Below are positions 49,401 through 57,378 of a DNA stretch of 64,000 nt, piece after piece. Positions within the stretch are counted from its first letter, which is position 1. Every line of letters starts with the position of its first letter. The notes below the pieces were generated by a model. That model had not been told where the DNA came from, ran no database searches, and saw only the letters and a list, made by a program, of their open reading frames with translations. The position numbers were made by a program, and so were the translations under genes. The DNA is from Pseudooceanicola sp. (lineage in GTDB: Bacteria; Pseudomonadota; Alphaproteobacteria; Rhodobacterales; Rhodobacteraceae): contig PAPR01000078.1 of NCBI GenBank assembly GCA_002709085.1, positions 2,301 to 66,300 of the forward strand. The letters are read 5' to 3'.

Positions 49401-49887
49401 AGCGCCTGAGGTGCAACCCGCCGAGCACGTTACGCTGCCTATGCCAGAGGTGCTGACACCAGAACTTATCCCGGTGCCCGATGTGCAGGTGCCGGCGCCG
49501 CTGGTCAGACCGCCGGAGGCAGTTGCGGTACCGGCGCCGGAGTTGGAGGTTCAAGAGACGCTTGTAACGCCACCGCCAAGGATCGTTCGGGAAAGCCCCG
49601 GTTTGCCCTCCGTGCAGGTGGCGGATGATACGGTCACCGATCATCGGAAAATGTCAGACCCTTCCCTGGAAGAAACGGGCACAGCGCCCGCCACATCGAG
49701 GACCGAGGGCAAACCCAAAGTGATGAGCGCCACCTTCGAGGTGTCGATCAACGTCACCCCAACAATCCACACGACGGAGCGCGTGGACCCCGCGCAGCTC
49801 TCGCGTGAAATTGGTGCGCAGATGCGCAGCGAATTGCGGGAGGCGTTCCGCGGTGTCTTTGCGGACACGGGCATGAGGTTTGCGTGA
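46459..49887 (+). CDS. Tape measure protein (TP901 core type)
   Basis: FESAMADVAKV, AATSFRN, LFGKEA, GARADGGP...VGEEGPEL. Confidence 0.93.
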   Translation: MSTLTSQLVIELLDRVTTPARRAANALAGISNTVRETNGQPITFGDRLNAAITRNNRALADARGGLVDAVASFYALRGAIGAPIEAASAFESAMADVAKVVDFPSPEAFAQFQQDLFALSRDIPIAVTGLADIAAAAGQAGIAGQDLVRFTDAAARIGVAFDISAEQAGGSMANLMTALGLTIDETVSLADAMNHLSNSQASSAADILDVVQRVGAQATMFGFTAEETSAFASAMLAAGAQSEVAATSFRNMGAALTRGSAATRGQREALRELGLDAEDTARSMQENAVETTIDVLRRIGQLPAEQRAAISSQLFGKEARALGPLLTNLGLVEETLGMVGDRATYAGSAFAEFEARNNTFQANMQRFQNVLTELQINIGNALMPAITQLTEAITPLITRLADLAGAYPEVTLAVVGTTAAVIAFKGAMAALSFAGLLGRGGVLSLIAAGYNSIGRAAIGARAAARSMIGLQTALAAMSGQPLGTLGRLRAGLTGIALAVPGVGALSSGIAAIGAAVATISAPVWGAFAVAAAAVAAAGLALWRYWDRISAIFVGVGQAIGEALQPGLDWVGEKLSFLTPLVDGFGAAWDWVREWLSGLGALLSGLFTRETLSEEDIARITERAREVTENIIGWFAGLPERLGEASSDLVAAGRALIQSIWDGAVERFGAFIDWVAGIPGRIVDAIGSIDLSSLISFGEPPRWLRWMMGEEEVTPPEIPTPPRQAEFDSLPADQRSAAETLATARAAGDLPTPGYLNDLSEYAGQLRDEMSGVQAQIDQIDQNGPMGQTLVAPLQAELRRLQEELVSVEAELQTGRERADEVTEALRLLGETEAEPEINTASIDRALDRVRALRAEMAAAEGGVAAPQAPVPQIDGARADGGPISREGTYLVGEEGPELVTPSRSGFVNTFGEIAAVVTALNKLPGILLAINGAGPDLITAPAHNAARDVSKGTQQPGPPEGDVTVLAPRPKLTPPDPIVVPAPEVQPAEHVTLPMPEVLTPELIPVPDVQVPAPLVRPPEAVAVPAPELEVQETLVTPPPRIVRESPGLPSVQVADDTVTDHRKMSDPSLEETGTAPATSRTEGKPKVMSATFEVSINVTPTIHTTERVDPAQLSREIGAQMRSELREAFRGVFADTGMRFA

Positions 49888-50321
49888 TGCTGATGATGCT
49901 GGGGCCGGTGCAGTTTGAGGTGATCCCCTTCAACACGAACACCTACGGCCACGACCACACGGCCGGCTTTGCCGAAAAGCCGGTTCTTGGGACCCGGCCG
50001 CCGCTTGAGTTCGTTGGCGAAGGTCCGGAAAGCTGGACCATCCAGGCCAAACTTTATCCGGAGAAGTTTGGCGGATTGGGGCAGTTGCAGACGCTCTATC
50101 AGGCGCGCGCCTCGGGGCGTCCGCAATATCTGATGCGGGGTGACGGCGCGGTAATGGGCTGGGTCGTCATCCTCGATGTGAAAGAGAAGTCTACCTATCT
50201 CGATCCCAAGGGCGTCGGCAAAGTCATCGATGTCGACATCAGCGTCAAACGCTGTGACGCGCCGTCCTCTGGCAGTTTCTTTTCGCTGCTCGCGGACATC
50301 TTCTTGTGGGCTACGCGATGA
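49887..50321 (+). CDS. P2 gpU-like tail protein
   Basis: MLMMLGPVQFEV...LEFVGEG...GWVVI. Confidence 0.88.
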   Translation: MLMMLGPVQFEVIPFNTNTYGHDHTAGFAEKPVLGTRPPLEFVGEGPESWTIQAKLYPEKFGGLGQLQTLYQARASGRPQYLMRGDGAVMGWVVILDVKEKSTYLDPKGVGKVIDVDISVKRCDAPSSGSFFSLLADIFLWATR

Positions 50322-50545
50322 CCGATGTGAGTGAAACTGTGACTATAGAGGGCGAGGGCCTGACGGTCTCTCTGATCGTCTGGCGACGGTTCCATTGGCC
50401 GATGCCCGGTCTGGTGGAGCAAATTTACGATCTGAACCTCGGGCTGGCCGATCTTGGCCAGACCCTGCCAGTTGGGACCCGCTTTGAGATGCCGATCCCG
50501 ATCCCACGCGCGCAGCAGGTGCTGGACCCGATCCGGCTTTGGTAA
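50318..50545 (+). CDS. Tail protein X-like
   Basis: N.GLADLGQTLPVG...IRLW. Confidence 0.88.
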   Translation: MTDVSETVTIEGEGLTVSLIVWRRFHWPMPGLVEQIYDLNLGLADLGQTLPVGTRFEMPIPIPRAQQVLDPIRLW

Positions 50546-50557
50546 GGATGCGCCTCC

Positions 50558-51643
50558 ATGTCCAAACGCGCGGTGTTCAGTGTGACGGTGGCGGGGAGCA
50601 ATATCACGACGGCGCTCCTGCCGGTGCTGATCGGCCTGCGGGTCTCGGACAAGGTGGGCACCCATACCGACAGCGCCGACCTGGAGATCGACGACACGGA
50701 GGCCCGGATCATCCTGCCGCGGAAAGGCGCGGATGTCGTGATTGCGCTTGGCTGGGAAAGCGATGGCATGCGGGTGGTGTTTCGCGGCACCGTGGATGAG
50801 GTGAAATCTTCCGGCAGCCGGGGTGGGGGGCGCCGGTTGATGATCGTGGCCAAAGGCATGGATACAACCGGTCCCGCCAAGGAAGGCCAGCAACGTCACT
50901 GGGACAACCAGACCATCGAGACGATCCTGGGCGATGCCGCACGTCATGCAGGCATCGCACGTGTTGAGGTAGACCCAGACCTGCGAGAATTGCGCCGCGC
51001 CTATTTTGAGATGCGTGACGAAAGTTTTATCGCCATGGGCGAGCGGCTGGCCCGAGAAGTGGGCGGCAACTTCCGGATTGCTGGCGATACCGCGATCCTC
51101 TCCAAGCGCAACGGCAGCTATCAAGCCTTCGTGCTGGCACGCTGGGGGGATAATCTGCAGAGCTGGGACATTGCCCCGCAGCTAGGGCGACCTCAGTTTA
51201 GCACGGTCCGCGCAAGATGGTATGACATGGTTGCGGCGCGGTGGGAGCTGGTCGAGCGCGCCACGGGTTTGGACGTGCGCGCGCTGCATGCGTTTCGCTT
51301 TGCCAAACCGGATGCGGTCGAGACTTCCCAGCAGACTGACAGCGATGCCGCGACCGCCGAGCGAGACGCGGGCGAGGGCACGGTCACGATCGAGGGTGAT
51401 CCCGCCGCCATCCCTGACGGTTTGTGCATCATCACGGGCACGCGGCCCGGTGTCGATGGCGCCTACCGCATTGAAGCGGTCACGCACACGCTGACCCGCG
51501 CGGGCGGCTTTGTCACCACGCTGGAGCTGAAACAGCCCCAAGACGGCGCGGGCGCTGATGCGCAGACGGAAGGCACAACCCCAGTGGCACCAAGCGCAAA
51601 CGTGCCGCCCATTATCGATCCGGATGCAACCGGGCCGCTCTGA
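50558..51643 (+). CDS. Baseplate hub / late control gpD-like protein
   Basis: D..G..SD, LGW, F.GTVDEV, ESF...RLA, VTH. Confidence 0.88.
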   Translation: MSKRAVFSVTVAGSNITTALLPVLIGLRVSDKVGTHTDSADLEIDDTEARIILPRKGADVVIALGWESDGMRVVFRGTVDEVKSSGSRGGGRRLMIVAKGMDTTGPAKEGQQRHWDNQTIETILGDAARHAGIARVEVDPDLRELRRAYFEMRDESFIAMGERLAREVGGNFRIAGDTAILSKRNGSYQAFVLARWGDNLQSWDIAPQLGRPQFSTVRARWYDMVAARWELVERATGLDVRALHAFRFAKPDAVETSQQTDSDAATAERDAGEGTVTIEGDPAAIPDGLCIITGTRPGVDGAYRIEAVTHTLTRAGGFVTTLELKQPQDGAGADAQTEGTTPVAPSANVPPIIDPDATGPL

Positions 51644-51661
51644 GACCAAGGAGGCAGGGAT

Positions 51662-51973
51662 ATGCCGGACGACAGTTTTATCGAAACCATCAACCACCTC
51701 TTCGGCGGGGCTATTACCACCCTGATCGGCGCCTTCACGGGTCGGCTTATGTGGCATTCTGGCGAGGTGAAGCTGGGCAACCGCAAGTTTTTCGGCAAGG
51801 AACTCCTCTGGGAAATCCCGGTTGCTGTGGGCATGGCGCTCATCGGCGATGCGGCGGCAAATTACATCGGCCTGACCCAGCCGGTCTCTACCGGGTTCGT
51901 GGCCACGCTCGCCTATCTCGGCCCCCGCGGCGCCGAAAGTCTGCTCTGCGCCTGGATCGGTCGCAAGAAATAA
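51662..51973 (+). CDS. Holin (putative)
   Basis: Small multi-TM protein with basic C-terminus, directly upstream of the endolysin. Confidence 0.75.
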   Translation: MPDDSFIETINHLFGGAITTLIGAFTGRLMWHSGEVKLGNRKFFGKELLWEIPVAVGMALIGDAAANYIGLTQPVSTGFVATLAYLGPRGAESLLCAWIGRKK

Positions 51974-52046
51974 AACCCGCCCAACATCGATCGCCTGATC
52001 ACACGCTGTCCTCTGGGGCGGCGTTTTCTTTTGCAAGGAGGCCAAT

Positions 52047-52979
52047 ATGACCCCTTTTGAAATCGCCCAATCCTACATCGGCACCACCGAGGGCCCGGGG
52101 CCTGAAGACAATCCTGTCGTCATGGATATGTATGCCTCGGTCGGCCATGACTGGGTCGAGCATGACTCTGTGGCCTGGTGCGCGGCTTTCGTGGGCCACT
52201 GCTTTGAACGAGCCGGGCTGCGCTCCACCCGACGTCTCAACGCGCGGTCCTATCTCGAGTGGGGCATTCCGGTTGATCTGGTCGATGCGCAGGCTGGCGA
52301 CATCGTGGTCTTCTCGCGGGGGTCGAAAGCCTGGCAGGGCCATGTCGGCTTCTTCGTGAAAAGGTCCGGGACCATGATTGAGGTTCTGGGTGGCAACCAG
52401 TCCGATGCCGTCAATATCCAGCGCTATGCGAAATCGAGGCTGCTCGGGGTGCGGCGCGCGGGCAATGTGGCCCCGGCAGTCACGCTTTCGGTCCGTGAGG
52501 TGCAAGCACGCCTCAAGGTGCTTGGCTATCACGAGGTGGCCCAGGTTGACGGCCAGATCGGGCCTCGCACCCGTGCGGCGATCCTGGCGTTTCGCGATGA
52601 CAATGGTTTGCCGCTGGTTCCGATTATCGATGTGGCGCTCACGGAGGCATTGGCCAAATCTGAGCCCCGAGGAGTTCATCCAGACCGTGCAGCCGGTGTG
52701 CCCGAGAGCAGCCGGATCGTCACGGCGGCAAATGCTCAGGTGGGGCTTGGCGTTCTCGGTGCTGCCGGATCTGTGGCCGCGCAGATTGCGCCGGCGCTGA
52801 CCGAGGCGGAAGAGGCGCGTGATACCGCCGAACGGGTTCTGGATCTGGTCGGGCTGACGGGTGCAGTGCAAGCAGCCTTGCCTTGGATCGGGGCTGCCGT
52901 GTTCATCGGCGTCATCTTCTACGCCCTGAAAGCCCGCAACGCACGGATCGAGGATCATCGCAGCGGGAAGACCCCGTGA
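52047..52979 (+). CDS. Endolysin, TIGR02594/CHAP-like with peptidoglycan-binding domain and C-terminal TM segments
   Basis: AWCAAF, GHVGF, LGGNQ; VDGQIGPRT..AI..F. Confidence 0.88.
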   Translation: MTPFEIAQSYIGTTEGPGPEDNPVVMDMYASVGHDWVEHDSVAWCAAFVGHCFERAGLRSTRRLNARSYLEWGIPVDLVDAQAGDIVVFSRGSKAWQGHVGFFVKRSGTMIEVLGGNQSDAVNIQRYAKSRLLGVRRAGNVAPAVTLSVREVQARLKVLGYHEVAQVDGQIGPRTRAAILAFRDDNGLPLVPIIDVALTEALAKSEPRGVHPDRAAGVPESSRIVTAANAQVGLGVLGAAGSVAAQIAPALTEAEEARDTAERVLDLVGLTGAVQAALPWIGAAVFIGVIFYALKARNARIEDHRSGKTP

Positions 52980-53209
52980 TGTGGGTCTTGATCGTTTCGA
53001 TGTGCATGTCGATCGGCGAGGCTCCGGCCTGCGTATCCGAAATCTATCCGGTGGCGTTGCGCACATTTGCCGAGTGCGAGGACGCGGCTGTCATATCCCA
53101 TGATCACATCCGGGCTGCAGCGGACGCTGACAATATCGTCGTGGTGTCGCTCGAAACCCACTGCTTCAGAACGGTGGGCCAGCCCATCTCAGTGGAGGGC
53201 CATGAATGA
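52979..53209 (+). CDS. Small Cys-containing exported protein
   Basis: MWVLIVSMC...C...EC...HC; coupled on both sides. Confidence 0.55.
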   Translation: MWVLIVSMCMSIGEAPACVSEIYPVALRTFAECEDAAVISHDHIRAAADADNIVVVSLETHCFRTVGQPISVEGHE

Positions 53210-53463
53210 TCTCGATCCTGACTACCATCTTTTCCGGGATCGGTCGCAAGGCGGCTCTGTGGGGCGCGATCGCCGTCGCAATTGGCGCGGCCCTCTGGAT
53301 CGCGTTTCGGCGGGGTCGTCTGGAAGCGGAGGCCGAATTCCTGATCCGCCGGGCCGATTCCCGGGTCCAATCCCTGCAAACAGCAAAGGAGGTGTCGAAT
53401 GAGGTGCAAAACGCTGATCGCGCTGATCTTCAGCGCCGCCTTGACCGCTGGATGCGCGATTGA
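53206..53463 (+). CDS. Inner-membrane spanin (Rz-like)
   Basis: N-terminal TM segment plus coiled coil; overlaps a lipoprotein gene. Confidence 0.7.
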   Translation: MISILTTIFSGIGRKAALWGAIAVAIGAALWIAFRRGRLEAEAEFLIRRADSRVQSLQTAKEVSNEVQNADRADLQRRLDRWMRD

Positions 53464-53602
53464 CCCGACGCGGGATCGCGATGCCTGCGATTGGGCTGCC
53501 CCAATCAGACCTTCCCGCGCGGACGTGCTGTCTGAGGGCACGTTGGCCCAGATCGTCACCCATAATGAAATCGGTGCGCGCCTCTGCGGTTGGCGGCCCT
53601 GA
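53399..53602 (+). CDS. Outer-membrane spanin lipoprotein (Rz1-like)
   Basis: Lipobox LTAGC; overlaps the i-spanin 3' end in another frame. Confidence 0.72.
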   Translation: MRCKTLIALIFSAALTAGCAIDPTRDRDACDWAAPIRPSRADVLSEGTLAQIVTHNEIGARLCGWRP

Positions 53603-53626
53603 TCCGCAAAATCTTGGAGGTGATCC

Positions 53627-54088
53627 GTGGACGGGACCAAGTATGACCTGAGCCCGGACGCCTGGTCCATGGTGGCTTTCAACGCTTCCGCCGCGCTGGT
53701 GGTGCCGCCGATTGGTGCCCGGATCTGGGGCCAGGTGGCACCGGAGGATGAACCGCCTGCCGACGGCGGATTTGTGATCCGGGGGATGCGCCTCATTCGG
53801 GGGATCGCGCCCTTTGAGGCGCTTTGGCTGCGCGCGGACACCGCGCCTGCAACCGTCACCGTTTACCAAGGAAACAGCATGTCTGGCGTCGTTTACTTCG
53901 GAAAATCGCCGTTTCGATTGCGCGGCCAAGGCCCCGTTGAAATCGAGGTGCCGTATGTGCCCCAGGTCCTCGATGGTGGGGCACCGTACACCGATTACGC
54001 CGGCCTTGCCGTCATCGACTGCGGTGGGGCTGCTGCTGACCCCAATCTTCGTACCATTGATGGCCGCATTCAGGGAGAAACCCCATGA
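53627..54088 (+). CDS. Hypothetical protein
   Basis: GGAGG RBS, GTG start; coupled to the next gene. Confidence 0.6.
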   Translation: MDGTKYDLSPDAWSMVAFNASAALVVPPIGARIWGQVAPEDEPPADGGFVIRGMRLIRGIAPFEALWLRADTAPATVTVYQGNSMSGVVYFGKSPFRLRGQGPVEIEVPYVPQVLDGGAPYTDYAGLAVIDCGGAAADPNLRTIDGRIQGETP

Positions 54089-54792
54089 CTTCAACTGTCT
54101 TTGCCAAAATCCAGATGCGCCGCGGCACCGCGGCAGAATGGGCCGCCGCCAATCCGATCTTGGCCGAGGGCGAATTTGCCTTCGAGATCGATACGGGCAT
54201 CACCAAGGTCGGCGACGGCGCCTCGGATTATGCAACTCTGCCGGCCTATGCGACCTACAGCCAGATGCTGGTGGCGCAAGAAGCGATCGAAGCGGGGCAG
54301 GCACAGCTTGCCACCTTCAACAGCCAACTGACGGCGGCGCAGAATGCGGCGACCACCTCTGTGGCCAAAGCGTCCGAAGCCTTAGTCTCGGCTGGCAATG
54401 CCAAGGGGTCGGAAGATGCGGCGGAAGTGAGCGCATCGCAGGCGGCTCAGAGCGCAATTGATGCGGCGGCGTCTGCGGCGCAGGCGGCTGGATCCGAGAC
54501 CAATGCCGCGGGGTCTGAACAGGCAGCTGCAGCTTCCCAAGCGGCGGCTTTGTCGAGTGAACAAGCTGCGGCCCAAAGTGAAGTCAACGCCGCTGAAAGC
54601 GAAACCATCGCCTCGGCCGCTGCCGCCGTTGTTCAGCCGCTTGCCGAGGAAATCGAAGTGATCGCGACCAACATCGGCACCGTGCAGGACGCGGCTGGAC
54701 CGCTCACCGACATCCAGACTGCCATTCTGGAAATGGCGACTGCCTTCGTCAATTCACAGACGCGGTATGTCTCCGCCGTCGCCTTCTCGTAA
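54085..54792 (+). CDS. Tail fibre-like protein (Mtd/hyaluronidase-type N-terminus plus Ala-rich coil)
   Basis: IQMRRGTAAEWAAANPILAEGE...KVGDG. Confidence 0.75.
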   Translation: MTSTVFAKIQMRRGTAAEWAAANPILAEGEFAFEIDTGITKVGDGASDYATLPAYATYSQMLVAQEAIEAGQAQLATFNSQLTAAQNAATTSVAKASEALVSAGNAKGSEDAAEVSASQAAQSAIDAAASAAQAAGSETNAAGSEQAAAASQAAALSSEQAAAQSEVNAAESETIASAAAAVVQPLAEEIEVIATNIGTVQDAAGPLTDIQTAILEMATAFVNSQTRYVSAVAFS

Positions 54793-54804
54793 GGAGCCAC
54801 GCCC

Positions 54805-57315
54805 GTGACAGTTGAACAGCAAGTGGATGCCCTGACGGCCTCGGTCGACAAACTGAAGGGGGCTGTGGTCTCGAAGAAGGCCACCCTTGATGCCTCGGTT
54901 GCCGACGCGCAGTCAGCGACCGCGCAGGCGCAGGCCGCCAAGGCGAATGCGCTTTCTGCCCGCGATCAGGCTGGGGCTTTCAAGGATGCGGCGTATAGCG
55001 CGGCGCAGTCTGCCGCCTCGGCTGTCGCCTATCAGGATCTTTCTGCGATTGCGCTTACCAAGGCTGTCACGGCCGTCGATGTGTTCATCTATGACACATC
55101 GAAAGACAGTGACGGTGGCGCCTGGCGGCATCGTTGCGCAGGCACAAGCTGGTATCGGGAGCCCTTGAATACCGCGACGCGGGGCGCGCGGCGGGAGTTT
55201 CCGGCGGTGGCGATCATCGTGGTCGAAGTCGGCGTCGTGCGCATTTATGATGCTGATGATCCTGCGATCCCGATGTGGATGGTCTTTGAGGGCGGTTACA
55301 ACAACATCGTTGCCCTCGGGAGCGGGTATTTCTTCACCTCGGCCTGCGCAAAGAACGGCGTTCTCGCAGTGGGTCATGCCGATGGCGCGCGCGCTGGTCT
55401 CGATGTGGTGAGCTTCATCGCCGATGCAGGCAAGCATTATGGAACCACGGAGCACCCGCTCAATGTAGCCTATGGCAGCTCAGCCTATAAGGGAAACATC
55501 GCCCAGCGAAACGCAGCGCTTGGCAATGTCTATGTCGGCAATATCGGCCTGATCGCCAACAATACGGTGAACGACGTCGCCATGACAGTTTTGCCTGGGG
55601 CAGCCGTGGATCCGGCAACGCGCCTTCCCGCACCAACCATTGCCGTTGCCGTCGGTCGCTATGGCCTACCCGGAGGAGGTGTAAGCATTATCGATGGCCC
55701 CGCGGGCATCGGCACGGTGGTTGATATTCCGACCCATCAATCCGCGGCGGGTGGCTATGAATGCAAGACGGTCGAGTTTGGGCCGCATGGCGAACTTCTG
55801 ATGAACGCGGCCTATAACGGCAGCAATGCGACGGAGAACGTGTTCGAGACCCTGCCCATCACCGATCTGCCAGAAAACAATATTCACCCGACCGCACGAT
55901 CCTACGGTTTGACCACGCCAGCGCTCACGCCTGGCACTTCAGCGGCCGTGCTGTCGGCAGGTGAAGAACTTTTCATGGGCGACGGGCGTTTGGCCATTCC
56001 GCAGCGGGCCATGTACTGGAGCCATCTGGCGCTTGTTCATGAAAACAAAGCCGACAAGACAAAGGGGATGGTCGCCTACATTGGGCACGATTTCAACACG
56101 GGCTGGCAAGTGGGTGACAGCCGCCTTGCCGCCCTATGCGGCACGGACGGCACCGATCTTACTCAGGAAAACTTGGTCACAAATGGCACATTTGCAGACC
56201 TGAGTGGATGGAACACCGGTGACTGGGTGGCTACTGGCTCCGCTGTAACGGTCGATAGCGCGCTTGCTTATACCAGCATCAGCCAGCTCGGCGTCTTTAA
56301 ACCGAATGCGGCGTATTTCGTATCGTTTGATTATGAGGTGACGGCCGGCGGCTTGGCCTCGCGCGCCGGCAGCGGCGGGCAGTTCGGGTTTTTCGACGTC
56401 AACGCGCCTGCCGCCGGTACATGGTCTGGGCTGGTCCGTACCATCTACAATAGCGATGGAATGCTGATGTTCACCACCAAAGGAGGCGGGATCACCGGCA
56501 GCGTCACGAATGTCATTGTGCGTGAAGTCGTCGCCGATCAGGGACCAAAGCTTCAGCATCTCGATGTGAAAGGTGCCATTGCGCGAGCACCAGTGGCTGC
56601 CGGGTCTGACTTGGTTGGCTACAGCGGGTTCTCATCGATCAACTATCTTGAACAACCCTACACCGCCCATCTCGACGTGGGATCAGGCGATCTGTGCATC
56701 ACGGGCTGGGTCAATCCAGTTGGCGACAATCAGGCAATCGCGTCCTACGAAAACGCCACCGATGGCCATGGTTGGACCATCGGCCGATCCACCGGGGTGC
56801 TGCGACTTTACACCGGTCGCGGCGGTCAGAACAAAGCTTACAGTTTTGGTACTTTGGCCACGGGAAACTGGCAGTTCTTCTGCGTCTTCCGAAAAGCCGG
56901 CTACTGGTTTGGTGGCGTCAATGGCGCCGTTGCGCCTGATGGCATCATTGGTGCCTTGGACAGCTTTGCAACGGGCAACGTCCTTCGGATCGGCTGGCAG
57001 AGTCTGATTTCGGGAGGCGCTTGGTCAGGGGCAATCTCTATGGTGCGGGTTTCGACCACGGCGCCAACAGCTGACCAAATCCGCAGCATCTATGACGATG
57101 AAAAAGCGCTGTTTCAGGAAAATGCAGCCTGCGCGGCGGGCGTCTTTGAAAAGAGCGCCCTCAAAGCCCTCGCGCATGATCCAGATACTGGCCTCCTGCA
57201 TATCGGCGGCAATGGCGGGCGGGCGACCTACAAGGGGCTGCGGCGCGTAGCAAAATCGACAGCGCCAGTGGCGACGTCCATTGCAGCACAGAACGAAGTG
57301 ATCGTGCAGCAATAA
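54805..57315 (+). CDS. Receptor-binding/tail fibre protein 1 (CBM/LamG-like domains)
   Basis: Coiled N-terminus, YDTSKDSDGGAWR block, NLVTNGTF, LamG-like C-terminal half. Confidence 0.75.
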   Translation: MTVEQQVDALTASVDKLKGAVVSKKATLDASVADAQSATAQAQAAKANALSARDQAGAFKDAAYSAAQSAASAVAYQDLSAIALTKAVTAVDVFIYDTSKDSDGGAWRHRCAGTSWYREPLNTATRGARREFPAVAIIVVEVGVVRIYDADDPAIPMWMVFEGGYNNIVALGSGYFFTSACAKNGVLAVGHADGARAGLDVVSFIADAGKHYGTTEHPLNVAYGSSAYKGNIAQRNAALGNVYVGNIGLIANNTVNDVAMTVLPGAAVDPATRLPAPTIAVAVGRYGLPGGGVSIIDGPAGIGTVVDIPTHQSAAGGYECKTVEFGPHGELLMNAAYNGSNATENVFETLPITDLPENNIHPTARSYGLTTPALTPGTSAAVLSAGEELFMGDGRLAIPQRAMYWSHLALVHENKADKTKGMVAYIGHDFNTGWQVGDSRLAALCGTDGTDLTQENLVTNGTFADLSGWNTGDWVATGSAVTVDSALAYTSISQLGVFKPNAAYFVSFDYEVTAGGLASRAGSGGQFGFFDVNAPAAGTWSGLVRTIYNSDGMLMFTTKGGGITGSVTNVIVREVVADQGPKLQHLDVKGAIARAPVAAGSDLVGYSGFSSINYLEQPYTAHLDVGSGDLCITGWVNPVGDNQAIASYENATDGHGWTIGRSTGVLRLYTGRGGQNKAYSFGTLATGNWQFFCVFRKAGYWFGGVNGAVAPDGIIGALDSFATGNVLRIGWQSLISGGAWSGAISMVRVSTTAPTADQIRSIYDDEKALFQENAACAAGVFEKSALKALAHDPDTGLLHIGGNGGRATYKGLRRVAKSTAPVATSIAAQNEVIVQQ

Positions 57316-57378
57316 CGTGCGTCAGCGCGCAATGCCCCAGCCGGAAGACTTTCAAGTTTCCGCGCCTAGGATAAAGAT

